Shown piece after piece: positions 39,728-42,421 of a DNA stretch of 42,421 nucleotides (the stretch's first letter is position 1; the number at the start of each line of letters is the position of its first letter). The notes beneath the pieces were generated by a model. The model made no database searches, had not been told where the DNA came from, and saw nothing but the letters and a program-made list of their open reading frames with translations. Source of the DNA: Gemmatimonadota bacterium (GTDB taxonomy: Bacteria > Gemmatimonadota > Gemmatimonadetes > Gemmatimonadales > Gemmatimonadaceae); the NCBI GenBank assembly GCA_947504615.1, contig CANNKR010000001.1, forward strand, positions 1 to 42,421, given 5' to 3'. The translations under genes were made by a program, and so were the position numbers.

Positions 39728-40984
39728 GTGCACTTCGCCCTCAAGGTTCTCCTCGGCTTGGCCGCCGGTTTCGCCGTCGGCCTCGCGATCGCCACCGGCC
39801 ACGCCGACTTTCTCACCCCGGTGGCCCGCGTACTCGACACGGGCGGCACCATGTGGATCGCCGCCATCCGCATGACGGTCATCCCGCTCGTGATGAGCAG
39901 CATCATCGCGGGCGTCAATCGCGCCCCTGACGCCTCGACCATCGGTCGGCTCGGCGGGCGTGCCATGACTTTCTTTGTGGTGACCACGGCCATCGCCGGC
40001 GCGATGAGCGTGGCCATCGGCGCGCCGCTCCTCGGCCGCATCTCGCTCGACCCGGCCGCGGTGGCGGCGTTGCGCGCGACGGCGAGTACCGCGGGCGGAC
40101 CCGCCGGCACGATGCCCACACTGTCGCAATGGCTGGTCGACCTGGTCCCGCTGAACCCGGTGAAGGCGGCCGCGGACGGCGCCATGCTGCCGCTCATCGT
40201 CTTCACCGTCTCCTTCGCCATCGCGCTCTCGCGCGTGGACGCCGCGCGCCGCGCGCCGCTCGTCGCCGCCATCGAGGCGGTGGAGGATGCCACGCTGCGT
40301 CTGGTGCGCTGGGTCATCAACCTCGCGCCTTATGGTGTGTTCGCCCTGGCGGTGCCGCTGGGCGCCAAGCTGGGGCTCTCCGCCCTCGGCGCCATGGCGA
40401 GCTACACCGTGATCGTCTGCGGCGTCAGCGTGTTCTTCTGCGCGACCGTGCTCTACCCGGCGGCAGCTCTCCTCGGGCCCATCCGACTCTCGGTCTTTGC
40501 GCGCGCCTGGCTGCCGGCGCAGGCGGTGGCCTTCAGTGCACGGTCCTCGATGGCGGCCTTGCCGGCGATGATCGAGATCGCGCGCGACCGGCTGAAGCTG
40601 CCGCCGTCCATCCATGGCTTCCTCATTCCACTGGCGGCCTCGACGTTCCGCCCAGGCGCAGGGGTCGGACAGATCCTCGGCGCGCTCTTCATCGCCAAGC
40701 TGTATGGCATCTCGATCAGTATGGGTGGACTGGTCGCCATCGGCGCCACCGCCGTGGTGACCTCGTTTTCGGTGCCCGGCATTCCGGGCGGTTCGATCGT
40801 CGCGATGGTCCCCGTGCTGATGGTCGTGAACCTTCCGGTCGAGGGGATCGGCATCCTGCTCGGTGTCGACACCATCCTCGACATGTTTCGCACGACGACC
40901 AACACCACAGGGCACCTGGCCTCCGCGCTGGTGCTGGCGCACGGCGAGCGGTTGACCGATGGCGAGTCGGCGACCGCCGAGTGA
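39728..40984 (+). CDS. Dicarboxylate/amino acid:cation symporter (DAACS/GltP family)
   Basis: It has a GTG start and family motifs (MWIAAIRMTVIPLVMSSIIAGV, SSMAALPAM, PGIPGGSIVAMVPVL, DTILDMFRTTTNTTG). Confidence 0.85.
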   Translation: MHFALKVLLGLAAGFAVGLAIATGHADFLTPVARVLDTGGTMWIAAIRMTVIPLVMSSIIAGVNRAPDASTIGRLGGRAMTFFVVTTAIAGAMSVAIGAPLLGRISLDPAAVAALRATASTAGGPAGTMPTLSQWLVDLVPLNPVKAAADGAMLPLIVFTVSFAIALSRVDAARRAPLVAAIEAVEDATLRLVRWVINLAPYGVFALAVPLGAKLGLSALGAMASYTVIVCGVSVFFCATVLYPAAALLGPIRLSVFARAWLPAQAVAFSARSSMAALPAMIEIARDRLKLPPSIHGFLIPLAASTFRPGAGVGQILGALFIAKLYGISISMGGLVAIGATAVVTSFSVPGIPGGSIVAMVPVLMVVNLPVEGIGILLGVDTILDMFRTTTNTTGHLASALVLAHGERLTDGESATAE

Positions 40985-41033
40985 ACCGCAGGGCGTACCG
41001 CCGCGTTGACCGTGGAAGTTCCCCCGCCCTGCC

Positions 41034-42191
41034 ATGACCGTGCCCACACCGCTGTTGTTCGCCCTCCCCTGGCTGGTGCTGCCCGGCCTCGTGCTCTGGC
41101 GTCTGTCTCGCTCGACCTTCCTCAGGGACGAACCGAACACCCCACCTGACGATGCGCCGTTCGTCAGCGTCATCTGTCCCGCGCGCGACGAGGCGCGGCA
41201 CATTGACGCGTTCGTGCGCGCCGCGCTGGCCAGCACGTATCCCCGTTTCGAACTCATCGTCGTCGACGACCATTCCACCGACGGCACCGGTATGATGGCC
41301 CGCGCCGCCGGGGCCGATGACCCGCGCCTCGTCGTCGTCGACGCACCGCCGCTCCCCATCGGCTGGTTCGGCAAACAATGGGCCTGCCACGCGGGCGCAC
41401 TCCGCGCACGCGGCGACGTGATGCTCTTCACCGACGCCGACACGCGACACGGCCCGGAACTGCTGGTGCGCGGCATCAATGCCATGCGCCGCCGACAGAG
41501 CGACCTGCTCTCGATCGCCGGGCGCCAGGAACTGGGTTCGTTCTGGGAGCGCGTCGTGCAGCCCGCCATCTTCGCCACGCTCTTCTCGACATTCGGCGGC
41601 ACCGAGGCGGTCAGCGACTCCCAGCGCCCACGCGAGAAAATCGCCAACGGCCAGTGCCTGCTGGTCCGCCGCGATGCGTACGACGCACTCGGCGGCCACG
41701 CCGCCGTGCGCGCCTTCGCCGCCGAGGACCTGATGCTCGCGCAGCAATGGTGCGCGGCCGGCAAGCGCGTGCATCTGGTGGCGGGCCTCGAATACTTGTC
41801 CACGCGGATGTACGCATCGCTCGGCGAGATCATCGACGGCTGGGCCAAGAACACATTCGCCGCCGGCAAGTACGTGATGCCCGACCACCCGGCCGCGCTG
41901 TGGCTGCTGCGGCTGGGGATGCCACTGGGGCCGGCGACCGGATGGATTCCGGTGCTGGCGCTGGCGCTCGGCATCGCTGGCGTCGCGCCGGCGTCCTGGG
42001 CGCTGTTCGGCGGCGCGGCCTACGGTGCATCGGTGCTGTACTGGCTGATCATCGTCCGTTTGACGGAGATCCCGCTGGGTTACGCGCTGCTGCACCCGCT
42101 GGGGGCGATGGTAGCGAGTTACATCTACGCGAAGGCGGCGTGGAACGGGGATCGGGTGAAGTGGAAGGCGAGGAGTTACACCGCGAAGTAA
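41034..42191 (+). CDS. Family 2 glycosyltransferase with C-terminal TM helices (CrtQ/HpnI-like)
   Basis: It has an N-terminal TM helix and the GT2 core VSVICPARDEARHI...LIVVDDHSTDGT...GWFGKQWACHAG...FTDADT...ANGQCLLVRR...AEDL. Confidence 0.8.
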   Translation: MTVPTPLLFALPWLVLPGLVLWRLSRSTFLRDEPNTPPDDAPFVSVICPARDEARHIDAFVRAALASTYPRFELIVVDDHSTDGTGMMARAAGADDPRLVVVDAPPLPIGWFGKQWACHAGALRARGDVMLFTDADTRHGPELLVRGINAMRRRQSDLLSIAGRQELGSFWERVVQPAIFATLFSTFGGTEAVSDSQRPREKIANGQCLLVRRDAYDALGGHAAVRAFAAEDLMLAQQWCAAGKRVHLVAGLEYLSTRMYASLGEIIDGWAKNTFAAGKYVMPDHPAALWLLRLGMPLGPATGWIPVLALALGIAGVAPASWALFGGAAYGASVLYWLIIVRLTEIPLGYALLHPLGAMVASYIYAKAAWNGDRVKWKARSYTAK

Positions 42192-42198
42192 CCCGCGG

Positions 42199-42280
42199 AG
42201 TGCGGGGTGCGGGGTGCAGATGAGGAGGTGAGGGGTGCGGGGTGGCGGGTGCAGGTGGGTGAGTGAGGGGGTGGGGTGAG
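42199..42280 (+). repeat. G-tract-rich degenerate repeat (GTGCGGG-like units) downstream of the GT2 gene
   Basis: At least 8 runs of GGG or longer fall within about 80 nt (for example GGGG at 42204, 42211, 42232, 42239 and 42273, and GGGGG at 42267). Confidence 0.8.
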
Positions 42281-42341
42281 TGCAGAGTGAATGCAGAGCG
42301 AGGCACGCATCTTCCGGCCAAACTCAACCCCCTCACCTGCA

Positions 42342-42421
<80 letters not shown>

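Noticed and set aside
39164-41974. 936-aa minus ORF spanning four plus-strand genes
   Set aside because: It is a shadow frame across the cupin, DAACS and GT2 genes, all of which have clear family motifs. It has no motifs of its own.

Overview
This is a GC-rich bacterial chromosomal window. I recognised no rRNA, tRNA, CRISPR array, transposase or integrase. I support 29 protein genes. In order they are: a SURF1-like gene; two paralogous giant Ig-like-repeat lipoproteins (about 2400 and 1671 aa), the first translationally coupled to a Pro-rich DUF3761-like secreted protein; DUF72; a cluster of SPFH/Band-7, ribbon-helix-helix, small membrane protein and membrane-anchored alpha/beta hydrolase; a PH-like hypothetical; an orphan beta-class DNA methyltransferase; YceI; a tightly overlapping mntH-usp-mntR operon with a palindromic operator candidate; an S9 peptidase; a NUDIX-PAP2 pair; and a rhomboid protease. 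The most unusual locus (28.5-38.4 kb) is a divergent multiheme-cytochrome cluster. It holds two very large c-type/b-type fusion cytochromes (19 and 13 CXXCH motifs, each fused to a FdnI/HydC-like membrane domain), a tetraheme cytochrome and an ImcH-like membrane cytochrome (6 CXXCH plus one CX3CH). These are followed by a DUF2339-like membrane protein and a tandem-OB lipoprotein. The window ends with pdxH, a secreted cupin, a DAACS transporter and a GT2 glycosyltransferase. Non-coding DNA carries short-period tandem repeats placed directly next to gene ends: the heptamer ACGGTAG/CTACCGT at three loci, an 8-mer array, and a 21-bp-phased array. The window terminates in a poly-C run that looks like an assembly artefact. 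All family assignments come from reading motifs by eye; no database search was possible. Many long ORFs in the track are GC-driven shadow frames and were rejected.
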